DNA of 64,000 nt from Legionellaceae bacterium UBA6148 (GCA_002423125.1 DIUW01000061.1:197-64196), one strand, 5' to 3'. Shown: positions 1-9,583, counted from the first letter of the stretch. Notes: generated from the letters alone by a model not told the origin. A program made the numbers and translations.

Positions 1-1
1 G

Positions 2-1435
2 GCACCTAGAGTAGCGGGCTGTATGGCCTTATTGATTGCGATCCTATATACGTTTATTTCCGGATTCTCTGTTCCTGCTCAGCGAGCGCTGATTGCGTGT
101 ACCTTTATGTTACTCCGTTATTTTTGCAGTCAACGATTTACTGTTTGGCAAGCGTGGTGCTATGCATTATTTACCGTTTTAGTACTGGAGCCTCATTCGG
201 TGCTATTGGCCGGTTTTTATTTGTCTTTTATTGGTGTTGCTATTTTGGTATTGACCAATCAACGAATGGCTGCAACGGGTGTTCGAAAGAACGTTGCATT
301 GCAATTGGCATGTTTGGCTGGACTGATGCCATTAACGTTATATTGGTTTTCTTATGGCGCAGTGAATGGAATTTTAGCTAATGTATTCGCTATTCCCTGG
401 GTTGAATTATGGATTGTTCCCCTTGGATTATTGACGACAATATTACCCAATTGCACCGTCGTTTCATGGATGATGATTGTACTGAAACACTCTATTGTAC
501 TGTTACTATTTTTTTTAAATTGGGTAGACTCGTTCGCGGCATTCAATTTGACCTTTTCTTTTAATCACATTGCATCACCCTTGGCATTAATGGCTGGCTT
601 ATGTGTTTGCATGTTTTTACCCATTCGTCGCCTCGCTTTTCCTGTAGGGGTTATGATGATTGCTGCACTTATTCCTTATCACCTCAAAGTAAGACAAGGA
701 TCGGCTCGGATTGATGTGATGGATGTAGGGCAGGGGCTTGCAGTGGTTGTGAATACAGCGAACCATGTCTTGATTTATGATACAGGAGTTCAATTTTTCC
801 AAGGAAGTGATATGGCAAAAATTGCTATTATTCCTTATTTAAAAACACTCGGTATCCAAACATTGGATAAGGTCGTGATTAGTCATCCTGATCTTGATCA
901 TCGTGGAGGGTTAAAATCATTAGAGGAAAATTATCCTATTCAAGAATTGATCGTCGATGACCCTGAGTTTTATCACCGAGGTCGTTCATGCCATGATTAC
1001 CCAAGTTGGAATTGGGATGGTGTATCGTTTCGTTTTTTTGCAATACAATCGGTTGCACATTCAAAAAATAACCACTCATGCGTATTACAGATAGCGACGT
1101 TGTCTGGGCAAGTATTGCTAACGGGTGATATCGAAAAACCCGCGGAGGATTATCTCGTAGCAATTTATGGCCAGCAGTTGGCATCATCGGTGATGGTTAT
1201 CCCTCATCATGCAAGTAAAACATCATCCACTTCAGCCTTTGTTGAAAGCGTTTCACCACGCTATGCCATTGTGTCGTATGGTTTTGATAATCGGTATCAT
1301 TTTCCTCATCAACAAGCGTTGAATACCTATGAACAACACCATATCCCTGTCATTAATACGGTTACATGTGGAATGGTGAGCGTGTTATTGGATTCAGAAC
1401 ATTTTATGCTAAAATCCAGTTGTCATATAGATTGA
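2..1435 (+). CDS. comEC: ComEC/Rec2 DNA-internalisation competence protein, C-terminal portion (5' end outside window)
   Basis: The frame is open from the window edge. A polytopic hydrophobic N-part is followed by a metallo-beta-lactamase-like block (IDVMDVGQGLAVVV, VVISHPDLDHRGGL, LLTGDIEK, VIPHHAS) typical of the ComEC C-terminal domain. Confidence 0.85.
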   Translation, partial: APRVAGCMALLIAILYTFISGFSVPAQRALIACTFMLLRYFCSQRFTVWQAWCYALFTVLVLEPHSVLLAGFYLSFIGVAILVLTNQRMAATGVRKNVALQLACLAGLMPLTLYWFSYGAVNGILANVFAIPWVELWIVPLGLLTTILPNCTVVSWMMIVLKHSIVLLLFFLNWVDSFAAFNLTFSFNHIASPLALMAGLCVCMFLPIRRLAFPVGVMMIAALIPYHLKVRQGSARIDVMDVGQGLAVVVNTANHVLIYDTGVQFFQGSDMAKIAIIPYLKTLGIQTLDKVVISHPDLDHRGGLKSLEENYPIQELIVDDPEFYHRGRSCHDYPSWNWDGVSFRFFAIQSVAHSKNNHSCVLQIATLSGQVLLTGDIEKPAEDYLVAIYGQQLASSVMVIPHHASKTSSTSAFVESVSPRYAIVSYGFDNRYHFPHQQALNTYEQHHIPVINTVTCGMVSVLLDSEHFMLKSSCHID

Positions 1436-1480
1436 ATTTTAATCACGTGTTATAATTCTATCCATTTTATAGGAGCTGCG

Positions 1481-2608
1481 ATGTTTCGTCTGGGTATAGT
1501 TCTGAGTGTTTTATTTTTTACAGTCAATGCGGATGCCGCTATTCTACAATGCCAAGATCATCAATGTATCGCTGTTGTCGATGCGGGTAGTACTGGCTCA
1601 AGATTGCATATTTATGCATATGACTTACAAGACAACAACCCAGCACATATTAATGAACTATTTTCAAAAAAAATCCAGCCAGGCATTGCGACCATAGAGC
1701 GAAATTCAGTGTCTGTTCATCAGTATCTCACCCAATTGTTTGCTGAAACTCCAGAAAAAAATATGCCAGTCTATTTCTATGCAACAGCAGGAATGCGACT
1801 TTTGTCTCATGAATCACAACATGCATATTATGTCGCGATCAAGGAATGGTTTGCCACACAGCCAGAATGGCGATTGATGAGCGCCAAAACGATTACAGGG
1901 CAAGAGGAAGGCGTCTATGGTTGGCTTGCTGTCAATTACGGGCTAGGCACACTGGCATCTCCTGATAAGCCCTTAGTCGGCGTGATGGATATGGGAGGAG
2001 CGTCCACGCAAATAACGTTCCCGATTCAAAGCACCGATGAGCATTCTAACGTTGAAATTGATGTATATGGGCGTCATATTCAATTATTTGTACATAGTTT
2101 TCTTGGTCTAGGACAAAATGAACTGGATCATCAGTATCTTGATGTTGCCAATTGTTTTTCCGAGAATTATCAACTTCCGAATGGTAAATTGGCTCACGGT
2201 GATTTTGCCTCTTGTGTACAAGAAACGTCGTTGTTAATTAATGCAGTGCATCATGTTGATAAAACTATCCAACCGGTGATGAGAGCAAATCCAGTAAAGA
2301 CATGGTATGCCCTCGGTGCAATCAGTTATTTAGTGCAAACACCACCACTGATGCTTGATAACGGTCAATTCACTATAAAAGAAATAGCTGATTGGACTGA
2401 TCGCGAGTTTTGCCATCAGGACTGGCCTACGCTAGTCGCTCAGCATCCCAAGAATGAATATTTATATACTTCTTGCCTTAATTCATCTTATTTTTATGCA
2501 TTATTGGTCGATGGTTATGGAATGGAGCAAGAACAAGGCATTCACTATATCCCTAAAGATCAAAATGGTGATGATTGGACGCTAGGTGTCGTCTTGCGTC
2601 ATTTTTAA
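1481..2608 (+). CDS. Secreted GDA1/CD39-family nucleoside triphosphate diphosphohydrolase (ecto-NTPDase/apyrase), eukaryote-like
   Basis: Signal peptide MFRLGIVLSVLFFTVNADA. Four apyrase conserved regions are present: VVDAGSTGSRLHIY, ATAGMRLL, GQEEGVYGWLAVNY, GVMDMGGASTQITF. AGGAG lies 5 nt upstream of the ATG. The family is known in Legionella pneumophila (Lpg1905-type). Confidence 0.9.
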   Translation: MFRLGIVLSVLFFTVNADAAILQCQDHQCIAVVDAGSTGSRLHIYAYDLQDNNPAHINELFSKKIQPGIATIERNSVSVHQYLTQLFAETPEKNMPVYFYATAGMRLLSHESQHAYYVAIKEWFATQPEWRLMSAKTITGQEEGVYGWLAVNYGLGTLASPDKPLVGVMDMGGASTQITFPIQSTDEHSNVEIDVYGRHIQLFVHSFLGLGQNELDHQYLDVANCFSENYQLPNGKLAHGDFASCVQETSLLINAVHHVDKTIQPVMRANPVKTWYALGAISYLVQTPPLMLDNGQFTIKEIADWTDREFCHQDWPTLVAQHPKNEYLYTSCLNSSYFYALLVDGYGMEQEQGIHYIPKDQNGDDWTLGVVLRHF

Positions 2609-2613
2609 TGACT

Positions 2614-3465
2614 TCACTTTTTTTTATTTTTCAAACGAATGCCGTTTGATTCGATGATAATTTCGCTTCGCTTATAGAGATGCCCCATTGCATTTTTAAA
2701 GCTTTTTTTACTTGCTTTAAATGCGTGTTGAATCTCTTGAGGTGTGCTTTTATCATGAAGAGGTAAAAATCCTCCAGCGGCGCGGAGCTCCGTCAATATA
2801 CGTTGTGCCAACTCATGAATATTATCTTGCCCTAATTGTCTTAAAACGACATCAATTTTTCCATCTTCACGTACATTTTTGATATAGCCTCGCTCTTTTT
2901 TTCCATAATAGAGTGTCTGGAAAATATCTGCGGAATGAATCAATCCCCAATAGCGGTCATTGATAACGACCTTTGTTCCTAATCGGGTGGTTTCAGCGAT
3001 CAATAATTTTACTTCCTCTCCTTGCTCAAAGTGAGCAGGCGACTTATCCAGAAAATGATCGAGTTTAGAGCTGCCAATAATACGGCCTTGTGCATCTTGT
3101 TTGGCATAAACAATATAAGATTTTTCTTTTTCCATTGGGTGATGCTGTTCTGGTGCGGGAACCAACAAGTCTTTATCCAAACCCCAATCAAGAAACGCAC
3201 CGACTCGATTCACATCGATGACCTTCAGGCAGGCACAATCGCCTAATTGAATACGGGGGCGTGTTGTTGTCGCGATGATTTTATCTTCTGAATCGAAATA
3301 GATAAATACATCTAATCGATCATTAATGGTTGTATTCCGTGGCACCACTTTATTGGGCAATAAAATTTCACCTCTATCTTCACCGTCCAGATAAAGCCCA
3401 AATGGCACCGCTTTTATTACTCTTAATTGGTTAAATTGTCCGATTTTAATCATTGATAGTCTCAT
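2614..3465 (-). CDS. S1-domain RNA-binding protein, CvfB/YitL family
   Basis: 283 aa with repeated S1-like OB-fold signatures (VPFGLYLDG, VGAFLDWGL, RYWGLIH) and a basic C-terminal tail. Size and architecture match the CvfB family. Confidence 0.7.
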   Translation of the reverse strand: MRLSMIKIGQFNQLRVIKAVPFGLYLDGEDRGEILLPNKVVPRNTTINDRLDVFIYFDSEDKIIATTTRPRIQLGDCACLKVIDVNRVGAFLDWGLDKDLLVPAPEQHHPMEKEKSYIVYAKQDAQGRIIGSSKLDHFLDKSPAHFEQGEEVKLLIAETTRLGTKVVINDRYWGLIHSADIFQTLYYGKKERGYIKNVREDGKIDVVLRQLGQDNIHELAQRILTELRAAGGFLPLHDKSTPQEIQHAFKASKKSFKNAMGHLYKRSEIIIESNGIRLKNKKK

Positions 3466-3493
3466 TTTTATATTTGTAACAGATTGCCATCAA

Positions 3494-4543
3494 TTAGTGA
3501 AAAGAAGAATTGGGCAACTCTGGGGTAGCGACCAATTGATATTGATTAAATTTATTAATAATCAATTGAGTCTCTTCAGAGGCGTTCTCTCCATATTCTA
3601 ACGTACCATTTTCCACAAGTCTGAATTTGGTCGCTAAAAGGCCTGGTAATAAACTCAGTCGATGAATTACCTCAACCAAATCAGGTAGCTTTGGATGATG
3701 AATAAACCAATCAGGATCACCTTGTAACACATCGTTGAAACGATCTTGAGTTTCTATGGCGTTGAATTCTTCGTACTTTGTCCACAATTTAATATCTTGG
3801 GGTTGTGTTAGTTTCTTCCCATCATTGTAACTCATACTTCTGCGTATCACTCTCATTAATTGATTTAACTCAGTCAATGAATTGGATGTTCGCATTAGTG
3901 AAAATAATGTTGTTCGTATTGCAATGGGCTCATTAAAAACAGGATTACTTACTTTTTGTTGATACAGTTGCTGGATAATGTTTTGCATTACTTCTGGTTC
4001 ATCACATTGCGCAATTCCACGACAAATTTCGGTAACATCATTTCGGCTGATCAGATCGTTACTATTTCTTCTCGGTTCTTGATCGGGAAACAATCTTTTT
4101 GAATCCAAGTAGCAGATCAAATCGGCTGCTTGCTTTGGTTTTTCATGTCCAAGCATTACCCTCATCACGCGTAAATAATAATGCCTATGTTTATTCAGTA
4201 AGAGGGGATCAAAAGAGGGCGTAAGCTTCTGTTGATTTTCTAAAACACTACTCGGTTTATCGAAATATAATTCGAGTTGTTGCAATGCACAACCTAACTC
4301 GGTCCTAAAAAAAACTTTTAGTCCTTCATCACGTAAAGAATTAAAAAAAGAAAACCATCGGGTCGGTTGATTAAATTGACTGTAAGCCAACTGAAGCAAT
4401 TGTATGGCTTGATCACTCGACATATTATCAATATGAATGGCTTGAATATGGATCACAAACGTTCTGGGAAACTGGTCAGAATATTCATTACAACCTTCTT
4501 GCAATATCCTCAGCGTATTACGTAGTGTAGTACTTAAATCCAC
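3494..4543 (-). CDS. Hypothetical protein (349 aa), no recognisable motif; candidate secreted effector
   Basis: Long ORF with a GTG start preceded by GGGAG about 9 nt upstream. Predicted helical, with a polar S/T/P/E-rich C-terminus (VATPELPNSSFH). No catalytic motif recognised. Confidence 0.6.
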   Translation of the reverse strand: MDLSTTLRNTLRILQEGCNEYSDQFPRTFVIHIQAIHIDNMSSDQAIQLLQLAYSQFNQPTRWFSFFNSLRDEGLKVFFRTELGCALQQLELYFDKPSSVLENQQKLTPSFDPLLLNKHRHYYLRVMRVMLGHEKPKQAADLICYLDSKRLFPDQEPRRNSNDLISRNDVTEICRGIAQCDEPEVMQNIIQQLYQQKVSNPVFNEPIAIRTTLFSLMRTSNSLTELNQLMRVIRRSMSYNDGKKLTQPQDIKLWTKYEEFNAIETQDRFNDVLQGDPDWFIHHPKLPDLVEVIHRLSLLPGLLATKFRLVENGTLEYGENASEETQLIINKFNQYQLVATPELPNSSFH

Positions 4544-4697
4544 TCAGTTTCACTCCCATTACATACCCTTTGGTATATTAAAAATGCAATAGTAACCCAA
4601 TTAACTCATGATGTAAATAATAAATCAATTAAGGGTTTTTTACTCATTATGCTCCGTATTTGACCAGACAAAATGAAAAATTTGGTCGTCAAAAAAT

Positions 4698-4731
4698 GGG
4701 GATATCCCGCGAACAAGTCGCGGTACGTCGT
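4698..4731. repeat. GC-rich palindromic unit related to the core of the MITE at 53653-53828
   Basis: The sequence ggggatatcccgcgaacaagtcgcggtacgtcgt contains the hairpin ccgcga/tcgcgg. Its reverse complement resembles acgtcgtcccgagcacagcgagggatatccc at 53692-53722. Confidence 0.4.
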
Positions 4732-4762
4732 GATCGGTGGCGCTCAAGGTCCGCGTTCATAC

Positions 4763-5491
4763 TTAAATGACGTACTGAATGCCGACTAGCACTGAATTAA
4801 TGCTTGGATTTTGAGTATTAGCATTTAAATGAGTGTTTAACGTTGTAAGATTGATTGTGCCATGGGTTGTTGGGCTGGAACCAAAGGCATGTAAATAAGA
4901 GGCTGTTAATGACCAGTTTTCATCAAATTCATACGCGCCCCCCACTTTAATTTCTGGTAAAGCGGCCGTAATGTTGCCCGATTCAGAAATATCTAAGGTT
5001 GTTAAACTCGTATTGAAATTGGTACTCATATTTTCAACTAGTCCACCCGCTTTTAAATATAGGCTATAGCTATAATCCTGATCAATGTAGGCTATACCGA
5101 CTAAAACATCTAGACCACTTAATGTACTTTTATTGCTTACATTTGGTAAAGCGAGGGCTCCACCTAAAACAGTCAGTGATGGTGTTGAGGTTACGCTGCC
5201 GTAATAACCAAAGCCAACTTCGGCGCTTAGTCCCAAATCATCAATTTGTCGGATTAGTCCAGCACTCAGTCGTCCTGTTGCTCCAGACATTTTTTCTTGA
5301 GAAACAAATCGGGTATCATATCCTGTGATACTTAAATTGTAGCCGTTGGTTTGGCTCCAAGTATAACCGCCTTCCGCCGCCAGAAACGACTTTAAACAAA
5401 CGGCTTGATCAACTGCTCCCATCGCGCCAGCCGATACGGAGGCACTATAAGACATTATGACTATCAGTGAATTTATTATTATTTTTTTCAT
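4763..5491 (-). CDS. Outer-membrane beta-barrel protein (small porin/OmpW-like class, family not resolved)
   Basis: Signal peptide MKKIIINSLIVIMSYSASVSA after an AAGGA RBS, so I chose the second ATG at 5491. Alternating hydrophobic beta-strand pattern with an aromatic-rich C-terminal strand (VLVGIQYVI). Confidence 0.7.
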   Translation of the reverse strand: MKKIIINSLIVIMSYSASVSAGAMGAVDQAVCLKSFLAAEGGYTWSQTNGYNLSITGYDTRFVSQEKMSGATGRLSAGLIRQIDDLGLSAEVGFGYYGSVTSTPSLTVLGGALALPNVSNKSTLSGLDVLVGIAYIDQDYSYSLYLKAGGLVENMSTNFNTSLTTLDISESGNITAALPEIKVGGAYEFDENWSLTASYLHAFGSSPTTHGTINLTTLNTHLNANTQNPSINSVLVGIQYVI

Positions 5492-5620
5492 GCTTTTAAT
5501 TCCTTTTAGACCCATTTTATAAAAACTCGCCCATTATATCGTCGAGGATCATCATAATGAAAGGGATTTTTGAATTTCAGTTTACATCGGTGATCGAAGA
5601 GGTGACTATAACGAACGCAG

Positions 5621-5667
5621 TGAAGCAGCTTTAAACTCTGGGTTGCTTCTCTGTCGCTCGAAACGAC
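5621..5667. repeat. Degenerate copy of the short GC-rich palindromic unit also seen at 57302-57343
   Basis: tgaagcagc...gttgcttctctgtcgctcgaaacgac compares with cgaagcaatccaggattgcttcgcttcgctcgcaatgacgag. The shared pattern is gaagca / tgcttc / gctcg-aa-gac. Confidence 0.35.
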
Positions 5668-5725
5668 TAATTTTTATGTGAATTTTAAAATAAGGAGATC
5701 CATAAGTCGAGTATGGATTCTGCCG

Positions 5726-6217
5726 TTACTGTGTTGCGATGTTCATAATTGATTCTTGAATCATAAATATATTAGCTGAAAGTCGACCGAATTCGGCTTG
5801 ATCTTTTTGATCCAATGACTCCAATTCATTTTTTATTTCATCAAAGAAATGAGTTATATGTTCAATTCCTTTCGTGAGACATTCTCTATACGCTTGAACA
5901 TAAGATTTTTTTTCTTCCATAGTGGCCAAGTGTTTGATGGCTAAAAGCGGCCTGAAAAGCTGCTCGGCACCTTTTAGATGGATGCTATGATCAAATTTTG
6001 TATCTAGCGATCGTATCTGATGTATGGAATCAGAGAGCGATGGCATGAGTTTGCTAATTGCTTCACACTTTATCATGCTCACATCCCAATCTTCGGAGCT
6101 TGCTGAATGATCCATATTATTCTCCAGTTTGGTTCTATTGTATTCTGACAGAATACGTTTTGTTACTTTAAGTGTAGACAATAAGTTTGAAACATACCAA
6201 TTATTGTGTTGTGTCAT
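5726..6217 (-). CDS. Hypothetical helical protein (163 aa)
   Basis: Clean ORF, divergent from the J-domain gene with only a 62 bp spacer. No motif recognised. Confidence 0.55.
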   Translation of the reverse strand: MTQHNNWYVSNLLSTLKVTKRILSEYNRTKLENNMDHSASSEDWDVSMIKCEAISKLMPSLSDSIHQIRSLDTKFDHSIHLKGAEQLFRPLLAIKHLATMEEKKSYVQAYRECLTKGIEHITHFFDEIKNELESLDQKDQAEFGRLSANIFMIQESIMNIATQ

Positions 6218-6279
6218 TATTATTTACAAATGAATTAGTATTTGCTAATATGGAAAAAATTGACGCAATGGGTTAGAAA

Positions 6280-7458
6280 GTGAATATCACAGACATTATA
6301 CAAACAGTAGTCATCAATGATTTAAACAGTAAGCTTTGTGGTGAATTAAATGACAATCAAATTACTTCAATTTTAAATGAGGCTATTTCTAGGGCCTATG
6401 AAAAAGTAGAAGAGAAAGATCAAAAAGCCTTATACAGACAGCTGTCATTAGAGCTTCATCCTGATAAAATAAGATCTAGTGCTCATCATTTTGCGAAGTA
6501 TCTAGTCAAGCCAGAACAAATTACTATTCCGCAGAAAATTCTAAACAGAGTAAAAGAATCCATCACTGAAAACATTTTTAATATTAATATTAATTTTGAT
6601 GAACATTCATTAGTTAAATTTACTCGTAAATTTATTCAATTCATACAAACTATATTTAATAAACAAAACGAATATCCCATTTTTATTAGATCTTCGACTA
6701 AATTGGCTACCTTTTTGCTATGTATACCCATATATCTACTATTATTAGCCCCCTTTGCCCTTTTTTCCTTAATAACACTATATATTGTTTCACGTCCCGC
6801 TCACTTCTTAGTCTATTTAACGAACAAGGTCACGAGTAATGGTTTCAATAAAGTATTAGAAAAATTTGAAGAGGCTTTTCCAGAAGAGTATAACCTCATT
6901 CGGCAACAGTATATAACAATTTCAAAAGAGGGCTTTGACGCTATAAAAAATCAGTTAATCATTGAAACAGGATTTATTCTGTTACGACTAACTGCGAGCG
7001 TTTTCCAACAAGCTATCAAAACATCAACGAACTCAAAAGCCTTCTTGTTAAGTATTGCTGCAGTGGTTTTAATTCCAGTCATAGCAATCGCTCAGGCCCT
7101 CATAGTGATCAACAACCGTGTGTTATTTCCTTTATTGCTCTCATTCTGCGTAGCTTTAGCTATTGCACCTTTTACTCCATCAATGTTATTGGTTGCTCCT
7201 CTTTATGCAAAAGACTATATCATTAATCTCGGCCAGCATATGAAACAAGCGCTACAACGAGTCTTTGCACAGGATTCAGAAAAATCAGAAGTCCCTACTG
7301 CATCAGAAAAGGAAAGGAATCAAGAAACCCCCTCTGTTGACAAAGGCCCTTATCAAAATGAACAGCATAAACATTACTCAACTAATAATTTTTTTCAACC
7401 TGGTAGGGATCTTGAGGCATCTAACAGCAACCACCACTCGATTTATGATTGTGATTAA
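6280..7458 (+). CDS. J-domain (DnaJ-like, HPD motif) polytopic membrane protein
   Basis: The N-terminal KALYRQLSLELHPDKIRSS matches the J-domain helix II-HPD loop consensus (HPD at nt 6457-6465). Several hydrophobic helices follow (LATFLLCIPIYLLLLAPFALFSLITLYIV; AFLLSIAAVVLIPVIAIAQALIVI; LLLSFCVALAIAPF), then a polar C-terminal tail. GTG start. Confidence 0.7.
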   Translation: MNITDIIQTVVINDLNSKLCGELNDNQITSILNEAISRAYEKVEEKDQKALYRQLSLELHPDKIRSSAHHFAKYLVKPEQITIPQKILNRVKESITENIFNININFDEHSLVKFTRKFIQFIQTIFNKQNEYPIFIRSSTKLATFLLCIPIYLLLLAPFALFSLITLYIVSRPAHFLVYLTNKVTSNGFNKVLEKFEEAFPEEYNLIRQQYITISKEGFDAIKNQLIIETGFILLRLTASVFQQAIKTSTNSKAFLLSIAAVVLIPVIAIAQALIVINNRVLFPLLLSFCVALAIAPFTPSMLLVAPLYAKDYIINLGQHMKQALQRVFAQDSEKSEVPTASEKERNQETPSVDKGPYQNEQHKHYSTNNFFQPGRDLEASNSNHHSIYDCD

Positions 7459-8858
7459 TGACATGGAAAATAAACGGTAGCAATTAGGCCTGTTCCTACA
7501 GAGGGGGCGTCTAGTGTTATTCGCGCATTATGTAATGCACCTATTTGTTGCACAATGCCTAGTCCAAGACCGCTTCCTTGGCTTTTATTTCCAATCACCC
7601 TGAAAAATCGCTCAAATACCCGTGCTCTTAATTCATCAGGTATGCCGGGGCCGTCATCACGGACTTCGAGTATAATTTCATGATGCAGTGTATATACGCG
7701 TACAGCGACATGGCCACCTTCCTCGCTGTAACGAATCGCGTTATCGACTAAATTTCGAATTAAGATACTGATTGCTGTCGCATTTCCTGTGAGTTGATTT
7801 GCATGTTTATCGTGATCAAATTCCAACTCAATATTTTTTTCAATAGCGGAAGGGGCTAGCGTTGCAAGTGTTTCCTGTGTCAGTTTAACGAGATGAATGT
7901 TCGTAAGATCATTCATAGTTCCTGCTTCAGGAACAAGCTGACTCATGGTTAGTAATTGCTGTACAACATGCGTACTTCGGTTGACACTCGCAATCAGTTT
8001 ATCGATAGCTTGATTTTTCTCGACGGGTGACGTGGCATTTAAAGCCACTTGAGCTTGAGCTTTGATCGCCGCAAGTGGCGTGCGTAGCTCATGTGCAGCA
8101 TCCGCAGCGAAGCGTTTTTCACGATCAAAACCTTCTTGTAATCGGTGAAAGAGTTTATTTAACTCATCAATGACGGGTTTAATTTCTTGAGGTACCTTTT
8201 TAATGTTCACAGGCTCGAGATAGCTCGGAGCTCGGTTGGAAACTTCTTCTGCTACGCGATCAAGGCTATCTAAACCTCGTCCAATAATAATCCAAATTAA
8301 TAAGCCTGATAAAGGAAATGTCAGCAGCATGATGTATAAATCATCTTCTGTAATCAGTTGCCCCAGTTCATTGCGTGTGTCATAACGCTCAGCAAGTACT
8401 GTACGAGTGCCCGTTATTTGATTTTTAGCGGTGAACACTCGCCATTTTTTATCATCGATAATTTTGTCTTTAAAGCCTTCTTTGGTTGTAGAGAGTGGAA
8501 TCTTAGGAGCGGTTGATGAATGAAGTAATATTTTTCCATCCTTACTTAATATTTGGAAACTGAATTTATTCAAATAATGAGTTGGTGTTTGGTTATCAAG
8601 AAGCGGTTTGTTAAAATATCCGATGATTTCATGGGGAATATTATCGAGTTTAGCTTGGACTTCAGGAAATGATCGTTTATGAATATCATCACCGAGTAGT
8701 GCTTGATAGGATAGGGCTGAAACGGCCATAACGATATCAAGATGCTCATGAATGTCTTGTTCATCTAAATAATAATTTCCAATCGCTGTGAGGGTGGTGG
8801 TAACCATAATGGCGATGAGTAAATTAATTAATAAAAATTTACGAATTGATGTTGGCAC
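7455..8858 (-). CDS. Two-component sensor histidine kinase (QseC/PmrB-like)
   Basis: Two TM segments flank a periplasmic domain. H-box AADAAHELRTPL, N-box LVDNAIRYS, G-boxes DDGPGIP and GSGLGLGIV. Confidence 0.9.
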   Translation of the reverse strand: MPTSIRKFLLINLLIAIMVTTTLTAIGNYYLDEQDIHEHLDIVMAVSALSYQALLGDDIHKRSFPEVQAKLDNIPHEIIGYFNKPLLDNQTPTHYLNKFSFQILSKDGKILLHSSTAPKIPLSTTKEGFKDKIIDDKKWRVFTAKNQITGTRTVLAERYDTRNELGQLITEDDLYIMLLTFPLSGLLIWIIIGRGLDSLDRVAEEVSNRAPSYLEPVNIKKVPQEIKPVIDELNKLFHRLQEGFDREKRFAADAAHELRTPLAAIKAQAQVALNATSPVEKNQAIDKLIASVNRSTHVVQQLLTMSQLVPEAGTMNDLTNIHLVKLTQETLATLAPSAIEKNIELEFDHDKHANQLTGNATAISILIRNLVDNAIRYSEEGGHVAVRVYTLHHEIILEVRDDGPGIPDELRARVFERFFRVIGNKSQGSGLGLGIVQQIGALHNARITLDAPSVGTGLIATVYFPCH

Positions 8859-8896
8859 GAGGCACCTATTGGTTTATACCGTTCAGGTATACAATT

Positions 8897-9565
8897 TTAC
8901 GGCTTTGTGTTTTTTTCTGCCATATATCCAATTCCACGAATGGTGCGGATAAACGTGGCATTTAATTTTTTACGTAAATTATGAATGTGCACTTCTAGCG
9001 TGTTACTATCCACATCATCGTCCCAGCTATAAATGCTTTGCATGAGCTGCTCTCTCGTAACCACTTGTCCGTTGTTTTCCAATAGTTTCAAAAGAAGCGC
9101 AAATTCTCGTCTTGGGATATTGATAAGATTATTATCAATCGTTACGGCGTGTGATGCAGGATCCAGTTTGATGTTTTTATAGTGAATTTCTGTATCAGCT
9201 CGTCCTTGTGACCGTCGAGTCAGGGCTCGAATTCGTGCACTCAACTCATTGAGATCAAATGGTTTTGTGATGTAATCATCTGCGCCACTATCGAGACCCT
9301 TAACGCGATCGTTGATTGAATCTCTCGCGGTTAAAATAATAACAGGCGTAGCATTTCCTTCTTGGCGGATGTTCTGTAATAGTTTTAGTCCAGAAAGCTT
9401 AGGTAAGCCAAGATCAAGAATAATCAGTTCAAAAAATTCAGATTTCAAAATTTTTTTAGCAATTTCGCCATCTTTAAGCCAGTCAACAATATAGCCAAAT
9501 TGTGTTAACCCTGTTTTTACTGCATCTCCGAGTGCTTCGTCATCCTCAACCAGTAGTAGTCGCAT
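8897..9565 (-). CDS. OmpR-family response regulator (QseB/PmrA-like)
   Basis: Receiver domain MRLLLVEDDE ... LIILDLGLP ... ITKPF, with a winged-helix C-terminus (LEVHIHNLRKKL, IRTIRGIGY). Lies directly upstream of the kinase in the same orientation. Confidence 0.9.
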   Translation of the reverse strand: MRLLLVEDDEALGDAVKTGLTQFGYIVDWLKDGEIAKKILKSEFFELIILDLGLPKLSGLKLLQNIRQEGNATPVIILTARDSINDRVKGLDSGADDYITKPFDLNELSARIRALTRRSQGRADTEIHYKNIKLDPASHAVTIDNNLINIPRREFALLLKLLENNGQVVTREQLMQSIYSWDDDVDSNTLEVHIHNLRKKLNATFIRTIRGIGYMAEKNTKP

Positions 9566-9583
9566 GGTTGCTCCTTGAGTTTG

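Noticed and set aside
6234-6253. ATTAGTATTTGCTAATATGG as a PmrA tandem box (cTTAATatT-N2-cTTAATatT) between the divergent orphan genes.
   Set aside because: The repeat spacing is 10 rather than 11 bp, each half matches only partly, and no -10 element lies at the expected distance. Similar weak matches upstream of 17957, 29119 and 32466 were also wrongly spaced.
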